A stretch of 64,000 nucleotides of DNA from Promethearchaeota archaeon. Its GTDB lineage: Archaea; Asgardarchaeota; Lokiarchaeia; Sigyniarchaeales; SOKP01. Below, piece after piece: positions 9,760 through 20,678 of this stretch. The first letter of the stretch is position 1. Every line of letters begins with the position of its first letter. The notes below the pieces were generated by a model. It had not been told where the DNA came from and did not search any database. It worked only from the letters and a program-made list of their open reading frames with translations. The stretch is from contig JAEOSU010000070.1 of NCBI GenBank assembly GCA_016840165.1, forward strand, positions 72,620 through 136,619. The letters run 5' to 3'. A program made the translations under genes and the position numbers.

Positions 9760-11676
9760 ATGTTTACACAAAAACCCCCTTCTCGCCAGATTCCCGGAAT
9801 TCTCTCGTATATGGAATATTTTTCTTCCAAAAAGGCAGCATTTTCGATTTATTTTAGTATAATTGGGATCATCGGGTTTCTATCCTTTATTTTTAATTCA
9901 ATTTACAGTGATGTTTGGAATTTTATTTACCTACTTATAGTTATTGGTATGTTTCTCATAATTTCGGGTTCTGGTATGTTAATTTCGATTTTTTATTATT
10001 CGAAACGTGCTCCAATACTTGCAGCTCCGCCTAAAGGATGGGCAGTTCAATTAAATGCATTTTTAACCGCAATAATAGGGATTTCTTTGTTAATTGGACA
10101 TGGTTTAGTGATATTCCTGAGAAATATAGCTTTCCAAGAAGTTTTCTTTATTTTGGGCACAATTGTTGCTTATATTATTGGTTTTGTAATCTATTATTCA
10201 TTTACAACCGTAGGTAGTTATGGGAATCTAATTCTAGCATTAACCCAACCAGTAGTTGGGATTTTATTATATAGCATATTTACAGCACAAATAAATTTCT
10301 TGTTCCTAATAAAAGCAATAATTTTCTTTTGCTCATGTGCTTTTATATTCGCTATCCCTTATGCCCATAGTATGTCTCGCGTAAGTAATATTTATCGCGA
10401 GGCGACAGGTATAGGAGGATATCCTTTTATTCGTGCCTTTATCTTGTCGATGATGACTGATGGAAATGACCAAATGATCGAAAGTTTTTTTGAACGAATA
10501 GGTATAGACGAGGAGATAAAAATTCAATACCTAGCAATTCGTAACAGTACCAGTAAGAAGATAAAGGGTTTATTAATAATTCCAAATATCCATTTTGGTC
10601 CATTCAAAACTTGTGGATCTTCGGATTTACCAGAACACATATATAAAAAATTCAGCAATATTACTGGGACAACTGTATACCACACTACTAATGATCATAC
10701 ACAAAATTTAACTTCTCAAAAAGAAGTGGATAAAGTTCTCAATCAAATAATCAAGGATGTAGATAAAATTAAAAATAATGATTCTCTTACGTGGACAAAA
10801 CAGATTAGAAAGGTGACTAGGAAAATCTCAAATTCTGCAAAATTAATTGGAACTGTGGTTGATAATACAGCTATCATTTTCGTGACTCGACATCCTTTAC
10901 CTTCCGATGATATTCAAGCAGCGATAGGGGAGAAAATTAGCCGAATCGCAACTGATTCTGGGTATGATGATATTGTTATTATTGATTCACACAATTCGAT
11001 CATTGGAGATGAAATTTTAATCAAACCAAAATCATATGAAGCACAGGATATAATCAGCGTTTCAGAAAAATTTTTGCGATCTATAAAAAAGGAAAGGAAT
11101 AACGGACAGGAAGTAAATAAAGTTCAATATGGTGTGGCAAGAGATCCTTTAAATCAATATAATGAAAAAGATGGTATTGGATATGGAGGATTAGTAGTTC
11201 ACATGTTTAAGGATACCATTTCAAACCAAAAAACAGCATTTATCCATTTTGATGCAAATAATGCCTATGCAGATATTAGATCATATATCCTTAATATGCT
11301 ACAAAATAGAGGAATTGAAAGAGGTGAGGTCACTACCTCCGATTCGCATACCGTTGCAAGAAAGTTTACTCGAAGAGCTTATTCCCCGATAGGAGAAAAA
11401 ATTAAACTCCAAACCATTTTAGAGAAGTTAGATTCATTAATTTCCGAAGCAAACCAAGATCTAGAGGAAGTAGAATTTTGTTATTATAAATCTTTTATAC
11501 CTCATACTAAAATTTGGGGAGATCCTAAATATTTTGATGTGATTATGAATACTCTTCAAGAATGCATTAGAATTTCACAAAGATTATTAACTCTTAGCTT
11601 AATATTGCCTACATTCTTTTCATTAATCTTACTTTTATTCTTCTATCAAATTACGGATATTTTTAATTTATTCTAA
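9760..11676 (+). CDS. DUF2070 family membrane protein
   Basis: N-terminal TMs; PNIHFGPF..GSS, DSHN, DANN, TSDSH motifs; C-terminal TM. Confidence 0.85.
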   Translation: MFTQKPPSRQIPGILSYMEYFSSKKAAFSIYFSIIGIIGFLSFIFNSIYSDVWNFIYLLIVIGMFLIISGSGMLISIFYYSKRAPILAAPPKGWAVQLNAFLTAIIGISLLIGHGLVIFLRNIAFQEVFFILGTIVAYIIGFVIYYSFTTVGSYGNLILALTQPVVGILLYSIFTAQINFLFLIKAIIFFCSCAFIFAIPYAHSMSRVSNIYREATGIGGYPFIRAFILSMMTDGNDQMIESFFERIGIDEEIKIQYLAIRNSTSKKIKGLLIIPNIHFGPFKTCGSSDLPEHIYKKFSNITGTTVYHTTNDHTQNLTSQKEVDKVLNQIIKDVDKIKNNDSLTWTKQIRKVTRKISNSAKLIGTVVDNTAIIFVTRHPLPSDDIQAAIGEKISRIATDSGYDDIVIIDSHNSIIGDEILIKPKSYEAQDIISVSEKFLRSIKKERNNGQEVNKVQYGVARDPLNQYNEKDGIGYGGLVVHMFKDTISNQKTAFIHFDANNAYADIRSYILNMLQNRGIERGEVTTSDSHTVARKFTRRAYSPIGEKIKLQTILEKLDSLISEANQDLEEVEFCYYKSFIPHTKIWGDPKYFDVIMNTLQECIRISQRLLTLSLILPTFFSLILLLFFYQITDIFNLF

Positions 11677-11789
11677 AAAGTATGATATCCAATTAATAAT
11701 AATACCATGATATTATGCGGATATCATGCAGATTCATATAAAGAATTAGCTCTTTTTGTGTTAATAAATTCTTTTCAATTGAATATTGT

Positions 11790-12326
11790 ATGTTAAGTAC
11801 TGAATTGAATAAATTAGTAAAAGTCTCATTTTTAGGAGCCCCCGCAGTCGGTAAAACAACAATGTTAAAGTTATTAGCCAAAAATACTATTGATCGTATC
11901 TATATGCCTACACATGGATTTGATTTGAAAACTGTTCAGATAGAAAGTTTTACTCTCAAAGTATGGGATTTAGCAGGTCAAAGGAATTATTTAAAAATGT
12001 ATAGTAAAGATCATCTATTAGGATCGGATATTATTATTGTAGTCACTGACTCGACTCCGCGTAATGTTTTGAGCTCACGAGAATTAATCAATTATGCTAC
12101 TCACTTCGTTGGGAAGGATTGTCCGATAATTGCCATCGCGAATAAACAGGATTTGAAATCTGTCGATGGAAGGATGAATCCCAAAAGAGTAGGAGAAATT
12201 CTCAGGGTAGAAACGTATGGCCTTACAGCAATTAATCCTGAAGAGCGTATGGTTCTTATAAATATTATTAGAAAAGAATTAGAACGAGTAGCAATTAAAA
12301 GAGGTATGCGTGAAGATGAATTTTAA
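11790..12326 (+). CDS. Small Ras-superfamily (Arf/Rab-like) GTPase
   Basis: G1 GAPAVGKT, G2 PT, G3 WDLAGQ, G4 NKQD, G5 TAI. Confidence 0.9.
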   Translation: MLSTELNKLVKVSFLGAPAVGKTTMLKLLAKNTIDRIYMPTHGFDLKTVQIESFTLKVWDLAGQRNYLKMYSKDHLLGSDIIIVVTDSTPRNVLSSRELINYATHFVGKDCPIIAIANKQDLKSVDGRMNPKRVGEILRVETYGLTAINPEERMVLINIIRKELERVAIKRGMREDEF

Positions 12327-12870
12327 TGAAAAAGAGCTTTTTGGAGCAGCTCTCATTGGTTTTGATATGATAGATGGCCCTTTTTTAAAATGGAAACGAG
12401 AATATGCGAAATCGGAAGATATGATGAATTTAGACGATTTTGCGATGAATTTTTATTTGGCATTCCGAGGAGGGAATGCAGGTAAGAAACCAAGGGCAAT
12501 CTTATATGATAAATTCTATATCGTTGCTTTCCCTAAAGATCTAGAACTTTGCTGTCTTTTTATGAAGCCCCAAGGTATCGAAAACAATATTAAGCAACTC
12601 AATAAGATCGCTTTTAGAATTATTAATGAAATGGAGGTTGATGAGGAGCATGAAGAGGGACCAGATCAATCTGATGAAGATACAATGGAAGAAGTAAAAC
12701 GACTGGTTGTGAACTTACTAAATGGTACTGAAATGTCCACTCCGGAATTAAGACGTTATTTTAAGTTAACAAACGCAGAAATATGGAAAGTAATGTCAGA
12801 TCTTGAAAACGATAATAAAATTAAGCGTACAAGGAAAAAAGGAAGAGCTATACTCTGGACAAGCTGTTAA
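12310..12870 (+). CDS. Longin/uDENN-like N-terminal domain plus C-terminal winged helix protein
   Basis: LIGFDMIDGP motif; acidic linker; C-terminal wHTH pattern (MSTPELRRYFKLTNAEIWKVMSDLENDNKI). Confidence 0.6.
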   Translation: MKMNFNEKELFGAALIGFDMIDGPFLKWKREYAKSEDMMNLDDFAMNFYLAFRGGNAGKKPRAILYDKFYIVAFPKDLELCCLFMKPQGIENNIKQLNKIAFRIINEMEVDEEHEEGPDQSDEDTMEEVKRLVVNLLNGTEMSTPELRRYFKLTNAEIWKVMSDLENDNKIKRTRKKGRAILWTSC

Positions 12871-12926
12871 AAACTTAATTTTTTCTTTCATTTTAACTTT
12901 TTTAAATTGAAAGATAAGAGATTAAA

Positions 12927-13739
12927 TCATCTAGTTCTGTGTTCCCAACCTTTTTGTTTTGTGAACATTCGGGAAAACATGATATGACATATATCGGGAA
13001 GTGCTTTATCTTCATTATTTATGGTAATGTAACGAAGTATATGATTGATGATAAATATACCAATCAATTCAGCATGATAACTACCCATATTAGTAAGTTT
13101 TTTTCCTGAGAAGATGATATCCAACCCATCATTTTCAGTCCAGATAATTTCGGCAAACATTTGAGGAAAAAATTCTTTTTTTATTCTCCAACCATTTTCA
13201 GTCTTCCATATCTTTGCTCCAATGAATTCAGATAATTCATCTTTATCTTCATTCTTTAAGTATGTAAATGGTTTAGAACGCTGTGTTAATACTTTTTCCA
13301 TTAGCTCAGTTTTCTTACTATAATCTCTTTCGAAGGGTTCTTTATCTTTTAATAACCTTTCGATGAAATCCATAACGATATCTATATATGTGGCAGTATC
13401 TTCACCGGGAACCCAGTATGAACGATCTCCCGAGAAGAAAAACTTAATTTCAGCCTCAATATCATCCCCAAATTCATCTCCAAAATAATTGTAGGTAATG
13501 TGGATCATAACATCTGGAAATAGCTCAATACTTATTGTCCAATCGTCATCCATTCCTAGATCTTGAAATTTTGCTCCCAATTCGTTAATAATAATTTTTT
13601 CAAATATATTTGGATCAAGATTGATAAAGAGGGGATATTTATTCTTACTAATATTTTCTAATTCAACCTCATGGGGTCCTCGTACGCCCGTTGCGTCGAT
13701 TTGACCTACAGTCCACAATTTAATGTTATTTTTGGCCAT
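12927..13739 (-). CDS. DUF3786-like protein with internal duplication
   Basis: Two similar units (LGAK..WTISIELFPDV / IGAK..WRIKKEFFPQM; FFFSG / IIFSG); GDEF and ED motifs. Confidence 0.55.
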   Translation of the reverse strand: MAKNNIKLWTVGQIDATGVRGPHEVELENISKNKYPLFINLDPNIFEKIIINELGAKFQDLGMDDDWTISIELFPDVMIHITYNYFGDEFGDDIEAEIKFFFSGDRSYWVPGEDTATYIDIVMDFIERLLKDKEPFERDYSKKTELMEKVLTQRSKPFTYLKNEDKDELSEFIGAKIWKTENGWRIKKEFFPQMFAEIIWTENDGLDIIFSGKKLTNMGSYHAELIGIFIINHILRYITINNEDKALPDICHIMFSRMFTKQKGWEHRTR

Positions 13740-13785
13740 AGCATTAACCTAGTATAATATTAATTATCAAAATTATGCTTAATTT

Positions 13786-15090
13786 TTATTTTTTTTTTAA
13801 TCTGCTCACAAAAAAACCTTGAGTATTATGAATTGAAGGAAAAAGTCTTCCTGTTCCTTTTAGAATTGTATTATTGATCTTATAGCTCTTAGAAAAATAT
13901 TTAGGCAAATCCAAAGGTGTTATTTGATCATATATTTCGTTTATCTGATATTCTCCCTCTTCTGGATATAAACTACATGTTGAATAAACTAAATTTCCTC
14001 CTTTTTTTAAAAGATTTAGGCCAGACTCAATCAATTTCTTTTGTATTACTACATTCTGATTAAGAAACTCATTATTTTGACGCCATTTTAGTTCTGGATG
14101 GGAAAGAAAGGTTCCACTTCCGGTACAAGGAGCATCAATTAAAATCTTGTCAAATTTAAAATCGAATTTCACAGGAAAGTTTGTTCCATCAGAATTTAAA
14201 ATACATATATCTATGTTTTTAAATAGACTAAAGAAGTCTTTTGTAAATTGTAATCTGGAATTGCTAAAGTCATTGCAGAGAAGTCTGTATCGATTCTTAC
14301 TTAACTGTACTATTAGGCTCGACTTGATTCCTGGAGCTGCACATAAATCGCATATTAAACCTCCTTGATGTGGTTCTAATAATTCTACTATTGCTGCCGA
14401 AGCCCAGTCTTGGAATAATAGAGTATTATCCTTATAAAGTTTGTTTGAAATTATCAGTCTTTTGTATTGCGCTTGAGTATGGAGAATATAGGGGATTTTT
14501 TCATCTTGTTGAATTTTAATTCCTTCTTTCTGAAATTCGCTTTTAATTAGATCCTTTAAAGTTTCCAATGAGTTATTCGAAGTTAAACTATTAATTCTTA
14601 AACTTACTGTCGTTTGGGAACTATAGTAGTTCATGTATTTGAGATTATCTTTTAAAAAACTTAGTTTCATAACTGGCAATAAACGTTCAATAAAAAAACT
14701 AGGAATTGCCTCATTAATGCTTAGAACCTCTACGTCTTTTTTGTTTCTTAAAGCTATATCCCAGGAGAAATCTTTTAATCGTTCTAAATAAAGAGAAAGT
14801 TTTTCATTTGGTTCAACTTCCATTATGATTTCTTGAGCCTCCGCTTTCTCAAACATAGACCGGTAGGTGACAAACAGTAAAATTTCTGCTCTAGGTGGAG
14901 TGGTGAGCTTTAATGAACGGAGTGTTTTTTTAATCGTAAAATTTAATTTACTCCAGAATCTAATAATTTCATTAAAATAATGAGTAATCTCAGAACTTTG
15001 TCGATCTTGTATATTAATTATTTGAGTCTTACCTTGAATAAATTCAGATAATAAATTTAAAATGGTATTAACAGTATTCTTAGGGAGTAT
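13786..15090 (-). CDS. RsmB/NOL1/NOP2 family RNA m5C methyltransferase
   Basis: DLCAAPGIKS, DAPCTGSG, YSTCS, PEEGE motifs; frame stays open 78 codons upstream of ATG 14856 to an ATA 6 nt after AGGTGG. Confidence 0.85.
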   Translation of the reverse strand: MLPKNTVNTILNLLSEFIQGKTQIINIQDRQSSEITHYFNEIIRFWSKLNFTIKKTLRSLKLTTPPRAEILLFVTYRSMFEKAEAQEIIMEVEPNEKLSLYLERLKDFSWDIALRNKKDVEVLSINEAIPSFFIERLLPVMKLSFLKDNLKYMNYYSSQTTVSLRINSLTSNNSLETLKDLIKSEFQKEGIKIQQDEKIPYILHTQAQYKRLIISNKLYKDNTLLFQDWASAAIVELLEPHQGGLICDLCAAPGIKSSLIVQLSKNRYRLLCNDFSNSRLQFTKDFFSLFKNIDICILNSDGTNFPVKFDFKFDKILIDAPCTGSGTFLSHPELKWRQNNEFLNQNVVIQKKLIESGLNLLKKGGNLVYSTCSLYPEEGEYQINEIYDQITPLDLPKYFSKSYKINNTILKGTGRLFPSIHNTQGFFVSRLKKK

Positions 15091-15161
15091 TTTTAACCAC
15101 CTATTATTGAATATTAAATCAATGATATAATTAAAAGACCTTAAAAAAATATCATTTCACT

Positions 15162-15683
15162 TTAGCCACTTATCTTATACTTGGTTTTTATATATGAAAA
15201 AATGGCTACTCCAGAAACTGCTAGTATTACTTCGGAAAATAATACTTTAATAAACGAAAACCAAACAGGTTGAATTCCTAAACTAAGATATAAAATAATA
15301 GCAACATATAAAGAAATCATATTTGCATACAATACTGCTCCAAGATATCTCAATTTTGAACTTCCCCTAAACAGAATTATACAATATAAAGCGGGAATAT
15401 TAACCACAACACTAACCAAGTCAATAAGACCTAATGGTGAGAATAAATTAACAAAAAACACTCCTATGACTTTTCCAACTAATCCCTCATATGGGAATAG
15501 AATACACATTCCAACAACGATTTCTGCTATTCGAAATTGAATATCTAAAAAACCTATAGGCACACTTATGAAACCTAATGCAACGTATAATGCACCGGTG
15601 ATGGAAATTATCGCTATTTTTAAGCTAATTCCTCTCTCTTCGAAAGAAACAAGTTTCTTCTCGTCAACGTTAATCTCATTCAT
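15162..15683 (-). CDS. queT: QueT family transporter (ECF S-component type)
   Basis: GALYVAL...IQFRIAE and SPLGLID motifs; hydrophobic. Confidence 0.75.
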   Translation of the reverse strand: MNEINVDEKKLVSFEERGISLKIAIISITGALYVALGFISVPIGFLDIQFRIAEIVVGMCILFPYEGLVGKVIGVFFVNLFSPLGLIDLVSVVVNIPALYCIILFRGSSKLRYLGAVLYANMISLYVAIILYLSLGIQPVWFSFIKVLFSEVILAVSGVAIFSYIKTKYKISG

Positions 15684-15805
15684 TATAGATAGGAACCTAT
15701 GATATGAAAATTATCTAAACTATAGCTAAGATATTAATTGAATTTGTAAAAAAGTTTATGGTGAAAAAATAGGAAAAAATAGAATTATTGTTTTTTAAAA
15801 GTTAT

Positions 15806-16657
15806 TTATCTCTTTCTTTTCATATATAATACTAAGCCAATCATTGTTATTACAGAAACTCCAATGAATATAGACAATTCATATCCAGAAATTTGAGCGC
15901 CAGGTAATACAATGCTGTATTGATACACTACTTTACTTTCATTATTTACTAAAGAATAGCCAATAAGAGCGCCATTGTCATAGTAAGTCCATGTTTCCGT
16001 ACAATCCTCGAGATAAGTGAAAGTAGTAAATGGAACTGTATATCCAGCTGTTACGTCATGAATTATTTTCGCACCCGCACTATACCAACCAGCATCCCAT
16101 ATGATATCAGCTAGATAATCTCCCGGTGGTACGGGTAATTGCGCTAAATAGGGACTATATGCTACATCAGCAGCCCATGGCACGGTTACATTTCCAGGTT
16201 GGGCTAAAAAGGCCCTAACTCCTTGTACAAAGGCGGTTAAATTTGCTGGATCCTTTATGACGTAAACCTGTGAGGTTGTTTTATTTGCCTCGAGAAATTC
16301 TCCGGTAGTAAATGCCCAAGAATCTACAGTGATGTTACAGACGGAAACTATTCCTGCTCCCCAGAATGAATAATCTATTGAATCGTTGGTTCTTATCCCC
16401 TGTACAACTGTTTTGAATTTAGCTCCTAAAGTTGAAGCATCTCCAGAAAATGAAGTATTTAATACCGTTTTCCAATCAGCTCCAAAAATATCTTCTAAAC
16501 CAGCCGCATCAACAACAGTTACTTCTAATATTTTTGTGTCTCCCGCTGATGTACTGGGACATGCATAAAGATCTCCACGAACAGCTACAATCGGACTTAA
16601 TACAAAAAGAAACGAGATAACTAGCAATAAAATTGAATTTAATTTTTTATTTCTCAT
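15806..16657 (-). CDS. Secreted surface protein with Loki-CTERM-like anchor
   Basis: Signal peptide; C-terminal ISGY + TM helix + KRKR. Confidence 0.75.
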   Translation of the reverse strand: MRNKKLNSILLLVISFLFVLSPIVAVRGDLYACPSTSAGDTKILEVTVVDAAGLEDIFGADWKTVLNTSFSGDASTLGAKFKTVVQGIRTNDSIDYSFWGAGIVSVCNITVDSWAFTTGEFLEANKTTSQVYVIKDPANLTAFVQGVRAFLAQPGNVTVPWAADVAYSPYLAQLPVPPGDYLADIIWDAGWYSAGAKIIHDVTAGYTVPFTTFTYLEDCTETWTYYDNGALIGYSLVNNESKVVYQYSIVLPGAQISGYELSIFIGVSVITMIGLVLYMKRKR

Positions 16658-16821
16658 TTTCTTTTATAAATTTAGTTTGTTTTTTAGGTTTCTAAATAGA
16701 TTTAATATAATCAATAAATTTATTTTTCTAATATAAAAATATTTTCTTTAAAAGATATCAATTAAGTAATTTTTGAGATAAAGTAAAAATTAACTTATAA
16801 AATATCAGCTAAAATAGCAGA

Positions 16822-17052
16822 TTAAATTGATGCCTTAAAGGTCCTTGATGAGTATGACCAAATAATAAATGCTATCCCAATTCCAAAGACTATCGAGATT
16901 GATAAAAGGAAATTAACCGCAAATGGCTCATCAACGAATTGCCAAAGATTAATAAGATTAACATGCCCCAAGTAAAGCATAATAAAACATAAAATACAGT
17001 CTACAAATAGAATAATTAATCCGATGAGAAATTGATAATTTAGCTTTTTCAT
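16822..17052 (-). CDS. Small two-TM membrane protein
   Basis: 76 aa, two hydrophobic helices, GAGG SD upstream. Confidence 0.6.
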   Translation of the reverse strand: MKKLNYQFLIGLIILFVDCILCFIMLYLGHVNLINLWQFVDEPFAVNFLLSISIVFGIGIAFIIWSYSSRTFKASI

Positions 17053-17260
17053 TATATAACCTCTGATGAATGAGATAAGTTAATTATATGATTATTGAGA
17101 TATCTTAGTATAAAAATATTTATATTTTCAATCAATCTTCGTGAGAGATGGTTTATCATGAAAAGAACCAACAAGAAAGTTTTTTAAATTTGATTTACAA
17201 ACTATTTAATGATTATAATTAATGTCAACAATAATTGAAAAATTAAAATGGTAGACTATC

Positions 17261-18037
17261 ATGGAATATTTTTCCTTAGAAAATGGATTTAAAATAGCAT
17301 ATGAAATTAGTGGAAATGAATCGGGTGCAAAAATGGTTTTGCTACATGGTTTATTTATAAATAGTGATTGCTGGCGCGAACAACTTAAATATTTTGAAAA
17401 TGATTTTCATATTCTACGATTTGATTTAAGAGGACATGGCAGGAGCAGTAAACCAGTAGAGAGATTTACAATTAAAGATTACGTTAAAGATATGCATCTA
17501 CTTCTGGAGCATTTAGGTTGGGATAATGGCTTATATCTTGTTGGTCATTCATTGGGAGCGATGATAAGTTTAGCCTATAGTCTTCTTTATCCTTCCCACG
17601 TTAAAAAGATAATCTGTGCTAGCGGATTTTGTTTCATTAGTTTTGAAGCAGAAACAGATGTTTTAGGAAGAGTCGATAAATATCAATTAGAAAGATTTGC
17701 TTTAGGAATTAGCAAAAGAGGATTAAATCCTTATAATGAAGAAACAGCGCAATTTGTTGCGGCTCAAGTAACAGATCATCTTACAAAAGAACAATGCCTT
17801 AAAGCTACAGCGGCATCGGCAGGATTCAATATTTGCGAGTATCTTAAATCTATCGAAATCCCAACATTACTTATTGTCGGTGAGAGAGATATTACAACAC
17901 CAATGTGGGCAAGCGAGATGCTTCATGATTGGTTAGGTAATTCTGAGATTGCTATTATTCCAGATGCAGGGCATTTAGTAATTTTAGATCATGCTAATGA
18001 ATTTAATGAGCTAGTAGCTTCATTCTGGAAAAAATAA
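17261..18037 (+). CDS. Alpha/beta fold hydrolase
   Basis: LLHG, DLRGHGRS, GHSLG nucleophile elbow, GERD, AGH. Confidence 0.9.
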   Translation: MEYFSLENGFKIAYEISGNESGAKMVLLHGLFINSDCWREQLKYFENDFHILRFDLRGHGRSSKPVERFTIKDYVKDMHLLLEHLGWDNGLYLVGHSLGAMISLAYSLLYPSHVKKIICASGFCFISFEAETDVLGRVDKYQLERFALGISKRGLNPYNEETAQFVAAQVTDHLTKEQCLKATAASAGFNICEYLKSIEIPTLLIVGERDITTPMWASEMLHDWLGNSEIAIIPDAGHLVILDHANEFNELVASFWKK

Positions 18038-18078
18038 GAAATTATAATAAATAAAACAATATAATTTTATACTTCTCT

Positions 18079-19107
18079 TTATTTTTGAGTACCCCATTTA
18101 ATAACTCCAGCATTCCAAGCCCAACCGATTCCAGCGGCAGCAATAACAACAAGATCACCATTTTTAATCTTGCCTTGTTGAACTCCAAATTCAATAGAAA
18201 GAATGCCATCATTTTGGCCATTATGCCCTAATCTATTAAAATATGTGGATTGTTCATATGGATTAATCCCTACAGCATTACAAACGTATTCAAATGCGCT
18301 TCTTTTCATGTGTAATAGGGCAAGATAATCAATGTCCTCCCTTTTATAACCAGAACGAGTGAGTGCTTGATCTATAACCCTTTCAAATGATTTCATTGAA
18401 AAAGCATCGAGCCTTTGTTTTAAACCTTCTGGATCTGGGACATCTAAATAAATTTTGCCCTCTTCAATCGCTTTACAGGATATAGGTTCAACTGTTCCTC
18501 CTGCGGGAACATATACATCGTCAGCAAATCTTCCATCCGTAATTGCGGATATATCTAATATTTCATTCACTCTGGAATCTGCTTTTAGAACAGCTGCTAC
18601 ACCACTCGCTGCAAGACTATACATAAAGCGTGAATTTTCATTTTGATAATTAATCAGATCCGAATTTCGATATCCACTTGCAACTAAAATTCGATCCATT
18701 TCAGGGTAAATTTGAATTAAACTTTTTGCCATCAACATCCCAACTAAAAATGTCCCACAACGTTGATTCACGTCGAATGCCCATGGCTTTTTTGGAGATC
18801 CAAGATACTTTTGTAACTTTATCCCATTAATCTGCATTGGTCTTTCACTATAGACTTCACCAGCCCAGATAATTAGATCCAGATCTTCAGGACTAATATT
18901 AGCTCGTTCTAATGCTTGAAAACTTGCCTTAGCGCCCATTGCAACAGTATGATCTTCAGGTCCAGGAACCGTTTTACTAGTAAGTCCAAATTTATCTTCA
19001 AGAATATCTTTAGGTATCCCTGTTTCTTCCGAGATAAATTTACTTGTATGTCGTTTATCAGGTAAATAAATACCCCATGATTCCAATCCAATGGGACGAT
19101 TTTTCAC
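18079..19107 (-). CDS. 3-oxoacyl-ACP synthase III (FabH-like) family protein
   Basis: AFDVNQRCG catalytic Cys, LLHMKRS, GHNGQND, AAGIGWAW. Confidence 0.85.
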   Translation of the reverse strand: MKNRPIGLESWGIYLPDKRHTSKFISEETGIPKDILEDKFGLTSKTVPGPEDHTVAMGAKASFQALERANISPEDLDLIIWAGEVYSERPMQINGIKLQKYLGSPKKPWAFDVNQRCGTFLVGMLMAKSLIQIYPEMDRILVASGYRNSDLINYQNENSRFMYSLAASGVAAVLKADSRVNEILDISAITDGRFADDVYVPAGGTVEPISCKAIEEGKIYLDVPDPEGLKQRLDAFSMKSFERVIDQALTRSGYKREDIDYLALLHMKRSAFEYVCNAVGINPYEQSTYFNRLGHNGQNDGILSIEFGVQQGKIKNGDLVVIAAAGIGWAWNAGVIKWGTQK

Positions 19108-20678
19108 AATTTTTCCTCCTTTTCCAATTCTTTCTTAAGAATTTTTCCTGTTCCGCTAGTGGGCAATGAATCTTTTATTTCATAATACTTTGGAATTTTA
19201 TATTTTGCCAATTTATCAATTAAATATTGTCTAATCTCATCAGCAGTTGTTGATTGCCCTTTTTTTAAAGTAAGAAATGCTTTTCCGACTTCTCCCCATT
19301 TCTCATCGGGAACCCCAATCACCGCCGCTTGATCAATTGCGGGATGTTTATAAAGTAACTCTTCAATTTCGACAGGAAATACATTCTCACCCCCGCTAAT
19401 ATACATTTCTTTCCTACGACCGACTATATAATAATAACCCTCTTCATCTTGTTTTGCTAAATCTCCAGTATGCACGAATCCATCATCCTCTATTGCGCTC
19501 TTCGTTTCTTCAGGCTCATTCCAATATTTAGAGAAGATATGAGGACCCTTTAATAAAAGTTCTCCAACTTCACCCTGTTTTACTTCCTGATCCGTTTCTG
19601 GATCTAATAATTTCATGTCACAATGAAATACTGGTAATCCGACAGAAGTAGGTTTTTCTTTTATACGATCTTCAGGTAAATAAAAATTATTTGGACCAAC
19701 TTCAGTAAGACCATAACCCATCTTGAAAGGTTTCCCTCTGTCCCAATAATGCTCCATAATCGCAACTGGACATGGAGCACCCCCAGAAATAAAAATTCTC
19801 ACAGAATCAAAATTTGCAGCTTTGAATTCTTCTTTATTTGCCATCATATGAAACATGGTTGGAACCCCAATGATAATTGTACATTTCTCTCTCTCAATGA
19901 CATTTAATGTTTCTATAGGATCAAAATCACCCATTAAAATAGACTTTGCTCCCATATGGAAAAAAGGTAGAAGTAAGACATTCCATCCACCCGTATGAAA
20001 CAAGGGAAAGAGAAGAGGCTGTATATCATCCGGTTTGAGTCCCCAACTCATAATTGTATTTATGGAATTCCAGAAAATTAATCTATGAGATAATGTCGCA
20101 CCTTTTGGTAAACCAGTAGTACCACCAGTGAAAAGTATTAGATGAGGATCTTCAAAATTTAAAATAGGCCGTTCTACAGGTGATTCTGAGACTTTATTAA
20201 CAAGATTGTAATAATTTTTATCACCTTTTAGGTCCTCATTCTCAAATTGTATATATTTATGAATTAAATCCAAATCTTTGATTGTTTGTACTTTTTCTTG
20301 AAATTTATTTTCATAAAATATTATTTTTGGATTCATTTTTATAGCTAATTGCTCAATTTCAGCGGGAGCAAGACGTATATTAAAGGGTACAAAAATAGCT
20401 CCTATTTTACCAGTTGCGAAAAAAATATCAATTAATTCCATTTTATTAGTCGAGAAAGCAGCAACTCTATCTCCTTTTCTGATATCCATATTCAATAGCA
20501 CTCTGGCTAATCTATTTGCCCTATTGTCTATTTTTTTAAAAGTGTACCTTTTATTCTCCATATTATCGAATATCGCTTCTTTATTTGGAGTCAACATAGC
20601 TCTACGAGCTGACCAATTACCAATCCATGAAAATTCCATTGGAAAAGTAAAATCATCTGCTTTATACACTTTATTCAC
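19104..20678 (-). CDS. Acyl-CoA synthetase (AMP-forming, long-chain/MenE-like)
   Basis: FTGGTTGLPKG, GYGLTE, HTGD, GRRKEMYISGGENV, GKILK. Confidence 0.9.
   Translation of the reverse strand: MNKVYKADDFTFPMEFSWIGNWSARRAMLTPNKEAIFDNMENKRYTFKKIDNRANRLARVLLNMDIRKGDRVAAFSTNKMELIDIFFATGKIGAIFVPFNIRLAPAEIEQLAIKMNPKIIFYENKFQEKVQTIKDLDLIHKYIQFENEDLKGDKNYYNLVNKVSESPVERPILNFEDPHLILFTGGTTGLPKGATLSHRLIFWNSINTIMSWGLKPDDIQPLLFPLFHTGGWNVLLLPFFHMGAKSILMGDFDPIETLNVIEREKCTIIIGVPTMFHMMANKEEFKAANFDSVRIFISGGAPCPVAIMEHYWDRGKPFKMGYGLTEVGPNNFYLPEDRIKEKPTSVGLPVFHCDMKLLDPETDQEVKQGEVGELLLKGPHIFSKYWNEPEETKSAIEDDGFVHTGDLAKQDEEGYYYIVGRRKEMYISGGENVFPVEIEELLYKHPAIDQAAVIGVPDEKWGEVGKAFLTLKKGQSTTADEIRQYLIDKLAKYKIPKYYEIKDSLPTSGTGKILKKELEKEEKL

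Noticed and set aside
15683-15800. preQ1 riboswitch upstream of queT
   Set aside because: No recognisable preQ1 aptamer motif seen.
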